Virus record (IMG/VR): IMGVR_UViG_3300022188_000226
Span: 1-64,000 of that record
Reading direction: 5' to 3' (one strand)
Length of the DNA: 64,000 nucleotides
DNA from: a virus
In this document: one piece after another, positions 43,541-52,799 of the stretch
Layout of the letters: each line of letters opens with the position of its first letter
How positions within the stretch are numbered: the first letter of the stretch is position 1
Program-made: the position numbers and the translations under genes
The notes under the pieces: model-generated
Databases searched by the model: none
Seen by the model: the letters and a program-made list of their open reading frames with translations, nothing else
Told to the model about the DNA's origin: nothing

Positions 43541-45877
43541 ATGGCTTGGCTCTCAAATTTTAGTAACAGATTAAAATTAACAATACCTGCAGACGGTGTT
43601 GATAGTAGTCTTACAGATTTTCCAGTAATGATAAACCTTTCTTCTTCTTCAGGAAAAACTGGAGCTGATGTCACACCTGTTTTCGATGAATTAGGAGACG
43701 ATCATCAAAAAAGATTTGCTATTACAGAAAATGACGGTACAACTCAATGTTATATAGAAATAGAATATTGGGATGCTACGGAGGAGAGAGCTATTTTATG
43801 GACGAAAATTCCTACTATTTATTCTTCTGTTGATACAGATATTTATTTTTACTGGGATTCAGCTGCTAGTGGGAATACTGCTTACGTTGGAGATACCGGA
43901 GATACTCCAGCACAAAATGTTTGGGATGATAATTTTAAACTTGTAATGCATATGGCACAAGATCCTTCAGGAGGTTCAGGATGTATGAAAGATTCTACTA
44001 TTAATTCTAATCATGGGACTCCTGGTGGTGGCATGGTTTCTGCTGATTTGGTTGATGGTAAAGTTGGGAAAGCTATTGATTTCGACCCAACAGACGATTA
44101 TATCAATATTGGTGCACTTAATACACTTAATGGTCAGACAAGTGTCACTTGGGAAGCGGTTGCTAAAAATAATGCTGATTCTGCTGATCGAGTAATAGCT
44201 GGGAGATGGGCTGCTGATAGTCAATTTCAATTATGGATGGATTCAGGAAACAATAAATGGCAGGGTATAGTTAGAGATGGTGTAGGCGGTGAGTTGAAGC
44301 TGGAGCCTGGACTGGTTGGACCATCTGGTGTTTATCAATATATTGTAATGATTTTAAATGGCCAAAATTTAAATCTGTATGTTGATGTCGTTAATGGTGG
44401 CTCTATAAACAGCACAGCATTTACTACACTAAATTCTGGGTCAAGTGGAGATATTTATGTTGGTGCTGATCAAGACGATGAGCATCATTTTAATGATGCT
44501 ATAGATGAAGTCCGCATTTCCAATACAGCCCGCTCAGTTGACTGGATAAAAGCAACTTACTATAGTAATTGGGATGATTTCATAGTATTTCAACAAGAAG
44601 TAGAAACAAATTGGCTTTCTGACTGGGCAAAAAGAATAAAATTAACAATTGATAAAGATAAAATTGATAGTGTTTTGGTTGATTTTCCTATAAATATAAC
44701 GCTGTCTTCAGATACTGGAATAACAAACACCGATGTTACAGATGTTTTTACAACAATTAGTGGTAGTTCTAAAAAAATAGCCATAACAACAAGTGATGGT
44801 ATAACACAGTGTCCAGTTGAAATAGAAAGATGGGATGAAGGGGTAGAACAAGCAAATTTATGGACAAAAGTTCCAATAGTTGATTCCAATGAAAACACTG
44901 TTTTGTATTTGTATTATGACAGTTCAAAAAGTGATAATGATTCTTATGTGGGAGATACGGGGAGTACTCCAGCACAAAATGTTTGGGATGATAATTTCAA
45001 GCTTGTGATGCACATGTCCCAGGACCCAAATGGAGATGTTGCCGACGCAATAAAAGATTCTACTAGTGGTGTTAATCATGGAACTCCAGCTGGAGGTATG
45101 ACTTCAGTTGATATAGTTGATGGTAAAATTGGTAAGGCTATAGATTTTGACGGTAATGATGATTCCATAGCTACAACTGCGAGTGTTGCTTTTAACGGGG
45201 TGGCTACCATCGATATGTGTATAAAGTTAACTCAGCCAGCATCAATCAGAGGAATAAGCATGAGTTTAACTAATGTTTTTTATACACATAGTGCTAATGA
45301 TTTTATTTATTTTCATGGTACTAGCGATTATTTCAGAATATCAATAACAACAGTAGAGTGTCAGTTGTCCATAGTGTATGATGGTGATACAAGCACAAGT
45401 AGAGTGTGTTGTAATGGGGTGTTTTATGACATAACCCAACAACCAGGACCTACTCACGATATCAGTGCTTGGAGTGGTTATATAACTGGGCATATAAATA
45501 GTAATATTACTAATATGAGTGGTACAATAGATGAGGTTCGTCAGTCTGATATTGTAAGATCAGATGCATGGATAAAAGCAACTTATCACAGTAATTGGGA
45601 TGAACTAGTCAGTTTCGGTGCCGAACAAGAAATGCCAACACATTACTACTATGGATATATTACAGAGGGTGGTGCCCCTGTTAGTAGGACGGTTAGTTTA
45701 TATAATAGAAGTACTGGGGAACTAGTATCTAACACAATTTCCAATGTTAGTACGGGTTATTATTATTTGACCACACCAATGAGTGGGGAGCATTTTATAG
45801 TAGCTATAGATGATGATGCTGGAAAAGATTACAACGCATTGATACTTGATAAATTATTGCCGCGGGGAATAGAATAA
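43541..45877 (+). CDS. Tandem (DUF2341+LamG)x2 protein with C-terminal Ig-like domain
   Basis: WLS..RLKLTI...DFPV; TPAQNVWDDNFKLVMHM twice; IDEVRIS..RS.DWIKATY twice; 33-bp identical DNA at 43903..43935 and 44965..44997. Confidence 0.85.
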   Translation: MAWLSNFSNRLKLTIPADGVDSSLTDFPVMINLSSSSGKTGADVTPVFDELGDDHQKRFAITENDGTTQCYIEIEYWDATEERAILWTKIPTIYSSVDTDIYFYWDSAASGNTAYVGDTGDTPAQNVWDDNFKLVMHMAQDPSGGSGCMKDSTINSNHGTPGGGMVSADLVDGKVGKAIDFDPTDDYINIGALNTLNGQTSVTWEAVAKNNADSADRVIAGRWAADSQFQLWMDSGNNKWQGIVRDGVGGELKLEPGLVGPSGVYQYIVMILNGQNLNLYVDVVNGGSINSTAFTTLNSGSSGDIYVGADQDDEHHFNDAIDEVRISNTARSVDWIKATYYSNWDDFIVFQQEVETNWLSDWAKRIKLTIDKDKIDSVLVDFPINITLSSDTGITNTDVTDVFTTISGSSKKIAITTSDGITQCPVEIERWDEGVEQANLWTKVPIVDSNENTVLYLYYDSSKSDNDSYVGDTGSTPAQNVWDDNFKLVMHMSQDPNGDVADAIKDSTSGVNHGTPAGGMTSVDIVDGKIGKAIDFDGNDDSIATTASVAFNGVATIDMCIKLTQPASIRGISMSLTNVFYTHSANDFIYFHGTSDYFRISITTVECQLSIVYDGDTSTSRVCCNGVFYDITQQPGPTHDISAWSGYITGHINSNITNMSGTIDEVRQSDIVRSDAWIKATYHSNWDELVSFGAEQEMPTHYYYGYITEGGAPVSRTVSLYNRSTGELVSNTISNVSTGYYYLTTPMSGEHFIVAIDDDAGKDYNALILDKLLPRGIE

Positions 45878-46197
45878 TGCCAAATAATTTTAATTTTACT
45901 GAGACAGGATACGATCCTTCCAATTATAATTTCAATTTTGGGTACACTGTACCTACTTTAAGGATTTTGGCTGGTGCAAGTAAGAATTTTTCTTCCATAT
46001 GGGCAGACCCAACAGCTAATATTGAAACAGCGAGAATGTATATAGGGTCAAGAGGACCAGGAGCAGCCTTTTCTGTAGTGGCTTTGGCAAACGGAGTGCT
46101 AGTGGATAGTTATACAATAGATAAGGAAGGAGAACATGGAGAACTTTTAGATAGTGAAGATATAGTAGACATTAATGTAAGCATAGCAGGACTATAA
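45877..46197 (+). CDS. Small structural protein
   Basis: TAATG-coupled to both neighbours; N-terminus resembles that of 46197..50381 and C-terminus resembles that of 32745..34859. Confidence 0.65.
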   Translation: MPNNFNFTETGYDPSNYNFNFGYTVPTLRILAGASKNFSSIWADPTANIETARMYIGSRGPGAAFSVVALANGVLVDSYTIDKEGEHGELLDSEDIVDINVSIAGL

Positions 46198-49100
46198 TGA
46201 GTAATGAGTACTTACCACCAATAGGAACAAGACTACCTTTTAATTTTTCTAAAAGTGGATATTCATCTCCTAGTAGTACTTCTACACACTTTAATTTTAC
46301 TCCACAAGGTAATTTTGGTGTTTTAAAGGCTGCAGTTAATGTATTACAACCGTACTGGTATGAAACTTATACTTATTCTAAAGAATGTCCTAAATATGTA
46401 ATAGGGTATGGCCCTGGTGGTATACAAATTATCAAGGGGCGTTGTATATTTGGTGGTATCAGGGATCTTCAAGGTATAATTATAGGTCAACCTAAGGGCT
46501 ATACAGAAGGGAGTTTACCTGCTTACATAAACAGTGTAATAGCTTCCGGTGTAGGTAATTTGTCTTCTCGTTGTCTGGCTGTAAAACCACAAGATTTGAC
46601 AGCTTATATAGATAAACACGGTCCTGAAGATTTGGGTGGTGAGATTATTCCAGAAAAGTGGAAGGATACTGGTAGTTTACCTGTGTTTGTAGGAGCTCAT
46701 GCTCCTAGAGATATCGCAGCGTGGATAGATGTACATTGTCCAGGCGATCTTGGCGGTGTTTTAGAAGGTATAAAACGTAAAAGTAGTGGTAATTTGGGAA
46801 TGACTTTGGGTGGTACACATACCCCTGTTAGTTTGAGAATGACACTAGAGGATACCCATTTTCCAGAAAATGTACGTGCGTCAATTAAAGCGTGGCAGAA
46901 AGATTTTGTTACTCTTAGTGCTTTTTTAGATGGTTTTAAAAATCGTAGTAGTCAGTTGTTTCCTGCTATGGTTGGGATACATGATCCGATTAATCTTAGT
47001 TCATCAATACGTATGTGGGGTGGTGGTTCTACAGACTTACTTGGGTCATTGAAGTCGTGGGTATCGAGTGACTTGGGAGCACAAATAGATGAGCATCAAT
47101 GGGTAGGGCTTAAAGCTAAGATTGGTGGTTCTGGTAAGGGTAGAGAGGATTTTCCTGCCATACTTATTGTGGATAAGTACAAGGGGTTTAAAGTTCTAAG
47201 TGGTTATATAGATACGCATTGCCCAACAGACCTTAGTTTAAGTATTACAGGGGTTAAGTCGTCTTCTAAAGATTTGGGCGGTTTAATGCATAGTTGGCAC
47301 GAAAGGTGTTTTGGTGGTTTAATCGATACACACGGACCAAGGAATCTTGGTTCAGTTATTCGTGGTTGGTTTTCAGATGTAAATAATTTGGGAGCTGCTA
47401 TTAAAGTGTGGCGTTCTGGTACTAAAGACCTTGGTAGTTATATAGATATGCATTTACCAGTGGATTTAGGTTCAGACGTTGGTATGCATGCTCCATCTAA
47501 CCTTTTTGCGTCTGCAGATAGTCATAAGTATGAAGAGTTGTGGATTATATTACGTACATGGCATCGCGGTATTCAAGTTGACTTACATTCGTACATTAGA
47601 GGTTGGCAAGACGGAAACATTTCTGCTACATTAGGTGCTCATAATCCTAGAGATCTTAGGGTGTACATGAGAGCTTGGCAACGTGAAGTTTTTTTAGATT
47701 TTCCTGCCAATATTTATGGTTGGCAACAAGGTCAAGATATTAGAGCAGAAATTGATGCTCATTCTCCAAGGGATATCAAATTTATAATTAGAGGTTGGAA
47801 GCGTGAAGCTCAGAAAGATCTTTCTGCCGCATTTTGGGGTTGGGAACAAAGAGGTTTGTCTGCTTATTTATTTCCACACCCATACCACGATTTACTAGCA
47901 GTAATTAGACCATGGTACCGTGGTTTAAGTGGTGCTCTTGCCGCTCAGTTAAGGGTATGGCAGGATGGTAATCTGTCTGCCATCTCTGCTGGTCACGTGT
48001 GGGGAGTGTTGACAGCAAAAGTATTACCTCACCCACCACCACCATTACCAGCAACTATTCGTGGATGGCAACGAGATTTACAACAAAATTTACTAGCAAA
48101 TACTTATGGTTGGGGTAAGGGGGATATTAGTGGTACTGTAGGGGCTCACCAGTGGAATATGTTGACTGTTATAATGAAAGGAGTATTCCTTGGTGCAGAG
48201 AGGGATATTACTGGTAGTATGTATGGCTGGGATCGTGGAAACCTTGGCGTTATAATTGATAAGCATAGTCCTAGAGACTTGGGTATATTATTAAAAGGCG
48301 TGGTTTTAGGAGTAACTACAGACCTTTCTGCTAATTTCTGGGGTTGGGAAGAGAGGTGTTTGGGTGTAACCACAAAAGGCGGGCATTTACCTAGAAATCT
48401 TATTGCACACGTACGTATATGTCAAAGGGATTACCTAGATTTGTCTTCTAATATGCATGGTTGGGCTGAGATTGATCTTGGGGCTATTGCAAGTGGACAT
48501 TTACCAGGAGAAATACCTGCTACGATCAGGTCTTGGTATAGGGGAAACACCAAGGATTTGGTTGGGCTAATTTACGGTTGGCAAGATGGAGATTTGGGGG
48601 GTATTATAGGCGGGCATTCACCTGAAAATTTAAGGGGTATCATTAAGGTTTCTGAGAGAACGTTCCGGTTATTTCCAGCTAGTATCTGGGGTTGGAAAAC
48701 TAAAGATCTTAGTATGACTTTAGGAGGTACACATGCCCCTGTCGATTTACAGGCTTACGTAGATGTAGCACAGCGTAAAACTAGATTACTTAATGCCCTT
48801 ATACGTGGTTGGCAGCGGTTAGACTTGTCGGCTTTTATTAATGTTGTACATCTATATGATTTATCAGCAGTGTTGCAATCTATACCACCAAAAAATTTGC
48901 CGGCGTATTTAAAAGTACGGCCACAAAGCACACTTTCAGCCAATACTTACGGTTGGGGAATGCTTAATTTAGGTGCAGTAATCATTAGAATTTATGATGT
49001 AGCTCTACCTGCTAAAATTCATGGCAGAGATGATATGTTTAGTAATCTTCAGGCAAAATTGAGAGGTGTAGGTACTTCTGTAGTAAGAAACCTCACTTCT

Positions 49101-50381
49101 TTTGTAAGAAACATGCATTATCGTACTTTATCAGCTTGTTTAAGAGCTACATACCTTGCTAGTATACAGGCTTATTTACGTGCAATACAGCCTAGAGACC
49201 TTAACGCTAAAATACATGCTTGGCATACTAGAGATTTACAGGGTATATTAAATGGTTGTGATTACCCATGGAATCTAACTGCAGCGATTTGCCCTACAGG
49301 TGGGTGGGATTTACTGACAGCTAATATTTTTCCTAAAACAGCTATTGCTATTTACACTAATCTTAAAGCCAGTGTACACCCATGGGAAATTCGACATTTA
49401 ATGTCAAGTATTACAGGAGCAAATGCTCCATTCCTTAGAGCTATAATAACCCCTTTGGGTTATTCAAGTGCTTTACACGCAAGTATTAGACCTAAGATGA
49501 TTAGGTTGACTACTGTCATAGATATACCTACTATGAATCATAAGGATTTATCTGCTATTATTAACTATCCTTGTTTTAAAACTGGTTGGAGTGACCTTGG
49601 TACTTATATTTGTCCAATATTTAAGAGTGATTTGTATGCTTACATTAAAGCTATTAGGTATAATTATAAGCCTGCCTTGCTTGGAGCCAAAACTGGGTAT
49701 ACAGACTCAATTTCAGAGGTTGACAAATTGAAATTATGTATTACCATATACCCAAACGAAGTTATTTCTGAAGATAAACTTAAGGTATATTTTACTATAT
49801 TTAGTGCTGGTAATTTATTAAGTGCATATATAAAAAGTATTATGATGCACAAACAACTCACAGCCACTATTGTTGCTGAAGGTATAGATCATTTTGTATA
49901 TCCAACACTTGTTAAGAATAGAGAAGTTGTTATACATAAAACATACGAAGGTGTTTTTAAACAGTTTGAATATGTAGAATTTGCTTTTAAGTCAATAGTT
50001 GAGGATTATTACTACAGCTCGGACGGAAATTATGTTTGGAAGAAAGATAGAGTTGATAGGTGGGTGTTGGATGTTAAATCATATCTCCCAACCGATACAT
50101 CTTTAAGATTGAAGAGAAGATTACATAAAGCTACTACACTTTATGACTTTAGAAAATTTCCATCGGTTGATGCTGCAATGAAGTATGCTATAGCTTATGT
50201 AACTGAGCATCCTTATGGTAATTTAGGGGCCACAATATATAACAAAAGCAGGTATGAGGGTTTAACTAGTACTATTAATCCAAAATATGTACATAGCACT
50301 TTGACAGGTTTAGGTGCAAATATTATTCCAGAAGATTTTACAATAATTCTTAGTGCAGGGGATGGAATTTTAAAAATTTAA
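46197..50381 (+). CDS. Large repeat protein with about 13-15-aa (D/N)L-x-A-x-I-x-G-(W/H) periodicity, putative fibrous virion protein
   Basis: Dozens of units such as DLTAYIDKHGPE, DIAAWIDVHCPG, DLHSYIRGWQDG, DLSAAFWGWEQR. Confidence 0.75.
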   Translation: MSNEYLPPIGTRLPFNFSKSGYSSPSSTSTHFNFTPQGNFGVLKAAVNVLQPYWYETYTYSKECPKYVIGYGPGGIQIIKGRCIFGGIRDLQGIIIGQPKGYTEGSLPAYINSVIASGVGNLSSRCLAVKPQDLTAYIDKHGPEDLGGEIIPEKWKDTGSLPVFVGAHAPRDIAAWIDVHCPGDLGGVLEGIKRKSSGNLGMTLGGTHTPVSLRMTLEDTHFPENVRASIKAWQKDFVTLSAFLDGFKNRSSQLFPAMVGIHDPINLSSSIRMWGGGSTDLLGSLKSWVSSDLGAQIDEHQWVGLKAKIGGSGKGREDFPAILIVDKYKGFKVLSGYIDTHCPTDLSLSITGVKSSSKDLGGLMHSWHERCFGGLIDTHGPRNLGSVIRGWFSDVNNLGAAIKVWRSGTKDLGSYIDMHLPVDLGSDVGMHAPSNLFASADSHKYEELWIILRTWHRGIQVDLHSYIRGWQDGNISATLGAHNPRDLRVYMRAWQREVFLDFPANIYGWQQGQDIRAEIDAHSPRDIKFIIRGWKREAQKDLSAAFWGWEQRGLSAYLFPHPYHDLLAVIRPWYRGLSGALAAQLRVWQDGNLSAISAGHVWGVLTAKVLPHPPPPLPATIRGWQRDLQQNLLANTYGWGKGDISGTVGAHQWNMLTVIMKGVFLGAERDITGSMYGWDRGNLGVIIDKHSPRDLGILLKGVVLGVTTDLSANFWGWEERCLGVTTKGGHLPRNLIAHVRICQRDYLDLSSNMHGWAEIDLGAIASGHLPGEIPATIRSWYRGNTKDLVGLIYGWQDGDLGGIIGGHSPENLRGIIKVSERTFRLFPASIWGWKTKDLSMTLGGTHAPVDLQAYVDVAQRKTRLLNALIRGWQRLDLSAFINVVHLYDLSAVLQSIPPKNLPAYLKVRPQSTLSANTYGWGMLNLGAVIIRIYDVALPAKIHGRDDMFSNLQAKLRGVGTSVVRNLTSFVRNMHYRTLSACLRATYLASIQAYLRAIQPRDLNAKIHAWHTRDLQGILNGCDYPWNLTAAICPTGGWDLLTANIFPKTAIAIYTNLKASVHPWEIRHLMSSITGANAPFLRAIITPLGYSSALHASIRPKMIRLTTVIDIPTMNHKDLSAIINYPCFKTGWSDLGTYICPIFKSDLYAYIKAIRYNYKPALLGAKTGYTDSISEVDKLKLCITIYPNEVISEDKLKVYFTIFSAGNLLSAYIKSIMMHKQLTATIVAEGIDHFVYPTLVKNREVVIHKTYEGVFKQFEYVEFAFKSIVEDYYYSSDGNYVWKKDRVDRWVLDVKSYLPTDTSLRLKRRLHKATTLYDFRKFPSVDAAMKYAIAYVTEHPYGNLGATIYNKSRYEGLTSTINPKYVHSTLTGLGANIIPEDFTIILSAGDGILKI

Positions 50382-50391
50382 AAAAAAATAC

Positions 50392-50421
50392 TTGACAAAT
50401 AGAAATGATGTATTATATTAT
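50392..50421 (+). promoter_or_regulatory. Sigma70-type promoter for the replication module
   Basis: TTGACA at 50392, TATATT/TATTAT 16-18 bp downstream, A-tract upstream; nearly the same architecture recurs at 60632. Confidence 0.75.
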
Positions 50422-50552
50422 TATACAGGAAAAGGTACCTGCAAATAAACTGGTCATTGTAGGGTAGATAGACATTTATATACGGAAGAGGTAAGTTAAT
50501 AACTCACGATTAGTGTTTATAGTTGAGTATTAACAAATTATATTTAATATTT

Positions 50553-51656
50553 ATGATTATAAGAGAACTAAAATTACGATTAACAACCAAGCAGAAAAGA
50601 TTACTTAATCAGTGGCTATTCAATTTGACTGGGGTGTATAACTGGGCGATTAGAAAAATTGAATTAAACGCCCAAAATGGGGTTTATTTTAGTAAATTTG
50701 ATTTTGCTAACAGTTTACCGAAGCATAGCAGAACACTTGAAGTTCCATCCCATACTGTCCAGGGTATTTTGAATCAAGCTTATACAACGTGGCAACGGTG
50801 TTTCAAAAAGATTTCTAAACAGCCTAAATTAAAATCTGTTAGGAATAAATTGAATTCGATTCCGTTTCCAGATCCAATTCCTTCAAATAGATTAAAAGAT
50901 AGACTTATTAGAATTCCAAGATTAGGCTGGGTGAAATTTTATAAACAAAAGCTTCCTGATGGTATAATTAAGAATGCCAGGATTATCAAAAGAGCTTCTG
51001 GCTGGTACCTTCAGTTAACCATAGATACAAATTATAAGTTTCCAGTGAAGAAAACTAGTGCCAAGGTTGGAATTGATACTGGTTTCAAATATCTAGCAGT
51101 TCTTTCTGACGGTATAAAAATCAGTAACAAACGGCACCTCGTTAAAGGTCAGAAACGTTTAGCTCAAGCTCAGCGTGGTAAACGAAAGAAACTAACTGCC
51201 CGTTTACACGAACGAATTAAATTTAGACGAAGAGACCATAATCATAAGGTTTCTAGATATATTGTGGAAGATTATTCGGAGATTTACATTACAAATGATA
51301 ACTTAAAAGGACAGTCTAAAATCTTCGGAAAGTCTATTTCAGACGCAGGTATTTCCCAATTAAGGCAATTCATTATCTACAAGAGTGACATTCACAGTAG
51401 GAAATGTTCCTTAGTTGATTCAAAATACACCACCATGACTTGCTCGATTTGCGGAGCCAAAACTGGCCCCTCAGGATTGAGCAAGCTTGTTGTAAGGAAC
51501 TGGGAATGCAGTGCTTGTGGGGCACAGCTCGATCGCGATCTTAACGCGGCTAAAGTAATTCTCTATTCCGGGCTGGGATACAGCCTCGATAACGTTAAAA
51601 CTCACGCCTGTAAAGGGCCGGAGAACTTTAAACTGGAATCATCGGGAGGTGTTTGA
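50553..51656 (+). CDS. tnpB: TnpB RNA-guided protein, possibly nuclease-dead
   Basis: ELKLRLT N-terminus, GIDTG (RuvC-I), CSIC..CSAC zinc finger, DRDLNAA (RuvC-III). RuvC-II reads IYITNDN with no Glu. ATG 50553 is supported by the homologous start at 59297. Confidence 0.9.
   Translation: MIIRELKLRLTTKQKRLLNQWLFNLTGVYNWAIRKIELNAQNGVYFSKFDFANSLPKHSRTLEVPSHTVQGILNQAYTTWQRCFKKISKQPKLKSVRNKLNSIPFPDPIPSNRLKDRLIRIPRLGWVKFYKQKLPDGIIKNARIIKRASGWYLQLTIDTNYKFPVKKTSAKVGIDTGFKYLAVLSDGIKISNKRHLVKGQKRLAQAQRGKRKKLTARLHERIKFRRRDHNHKVSRYIVEDYSEIYITNDNLKGQSKIFGKSISDAGISQLRQFIIYKSDIHSRKCSLVDSKYTTMTCSICGAKTGPSGLSKLVVRNWECSACGAQLDRDLNAAKVILYSGLGYSLDNVKTHACKGPENFKLESSGGV
51545..51645 (+). ncRNA. Putative TnpB omegaRNA / element right end overlapping the tnpB 3' end
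   Basis: Expected position; GGCTG-GGATA-CAGCC hairpin; ends in ATCGG like the 60699..60825 copy. Boundaries uncertain. Confidence 0.45.
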
Positions 51657-52798
51657 TGGGTATCAATTTTACTATAAGTACTGACTCGCTTCAGCGAGCT
51701 ATTAAAGTTTTAAGCGTTGTTGTAAGAGCCAACGCTGTAGATGCAACTGGACGTATTTTGATTGAAGCGACTGAGAATAAAGTCGATTTAATTGCAAACA
51801 ATGGTATTACTGCAATAATTTTTAGTGCTGATAAGGTTAAGGTAACTGAACCAGGCACAACTTCTATAGCATTCAGCAAAATTAGATCTTTTGCCATGTC
51901 TTTTAAACAGTGGGACGGAGAGACTGGAGCAAGAGAATTCGGATTTACATCTGATGAGCGTATAATTAAGGTTTCAGTTAGCAACATTTATGAGAATGGT
52001 AAATCCTCAAAAGGCAATCTAAAACTCCCAGTGTTTAATCCTGCACTTGTTTCAAAACCATCAGCTTTTGGAAAACCTGAATTTGTTATGAATTCTTCTA
52101 TATTCAGGGCTGCCACAAGTAAAGTTTTGTATGCTATTAATCCGCAAGTAGATGTAAATTACATAGCTTTACAAGGTATGAATATGAATTTTGATGAAGA
52201 TCATATTTATTTTGTTGGTTGTGATGGTGTGGCTTTGTCTGAGTATCAAGTAAATAATGTAACGGATAAAATTGATGGGTCAGTTAATCTTCAATATGAT
52301 TTCTTTATGGGGCTTAGACGCTTATTAAATGAGAACATGCAGTCGTTTTGGGAAATTACCGGTAACAGAGTAGCTGTTAAATTTGACGATATTGTTTTTA
52401 TCGGTCGTACTATTATAGGGCATGAATATCCTGAATATAGAGCATCGTTGGATAATTATACAGATTATTTGAACTTAAGTAAGGAATTTCTTATGACAAC
52501 ATTGGCTCCATTCATGGATGTTCTTGAGCCTGAAGATCATTTTAGGTTGACTATGGAAATTAAAGATAAAACTTTGAAGTTCTTTAATGATTTTGCAAAT
52601 ATAGAAACAGAGCAGAATATTCAGGGTGGTTTAGACTTCTCAATTGATATAAATGGTAAGCTTTTGATTCAATCAGTAGATGCTATTAGGGATGATAATG
52701 TGTTATTTAAATTTTCAGACGGAGAGAAACCAATCATATTTGATTCCAGTACGTTTAACGATCAGAAATCTCTTATACAGCCACTTATTAAGAGGTAA
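51656..52798 (+). CDS. dnaN: DNA polymerase III beta sliding clamp
   Basis: About 380 aa; KVLYAI...LQGMNM...FVGCDGVALS; IGRTIIGHEYPEY; INGKLLIQSVDAI...SLIQPL. Confidence 0.85.
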   Translation: MGINFTISTDSLQRAIKVLSVVVRANAVDATGRILIEATENKVDLIANNGITAIIFSADKVKVTEPGTTSIAFSKIRSFAMSFKQWDGETGAREFGFTSDERIIKVSVSNIYENGKSSKGNLKLPVFNPALVSKPSAFGKPEFVMNSSIFRAATSKVLYAINPQVDVNYIALQGMNMNFDEDHIYFVGCDGVALSEYQVNNVTDKIDGSVNLQYDFFMGLRRLLNENMQSFWEITGNRVAVKFDDIVFIGRTIIGHEYPEYRASLDNYTDYLNLSKEFLMTTLAPFMDVLEPEDHFRLTMEIKDKTLKFFNDFANIETEQNIQGGLDFSIDINGKLLIQSVDAIRDDNVLFKFSDGEKPIIFDSSTFNDQKSLIQPLIKR

Positions 52799-52799
52799 T

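Noticed and set aside
46197-50381. Tape-measure protein call for the Trp-periodic protein
   Set aside because: The repeats are Pro/Gly/His-punctuated and look beta-stranded rather than like Ala-rich helical tape-measure repeats; left unassigned.
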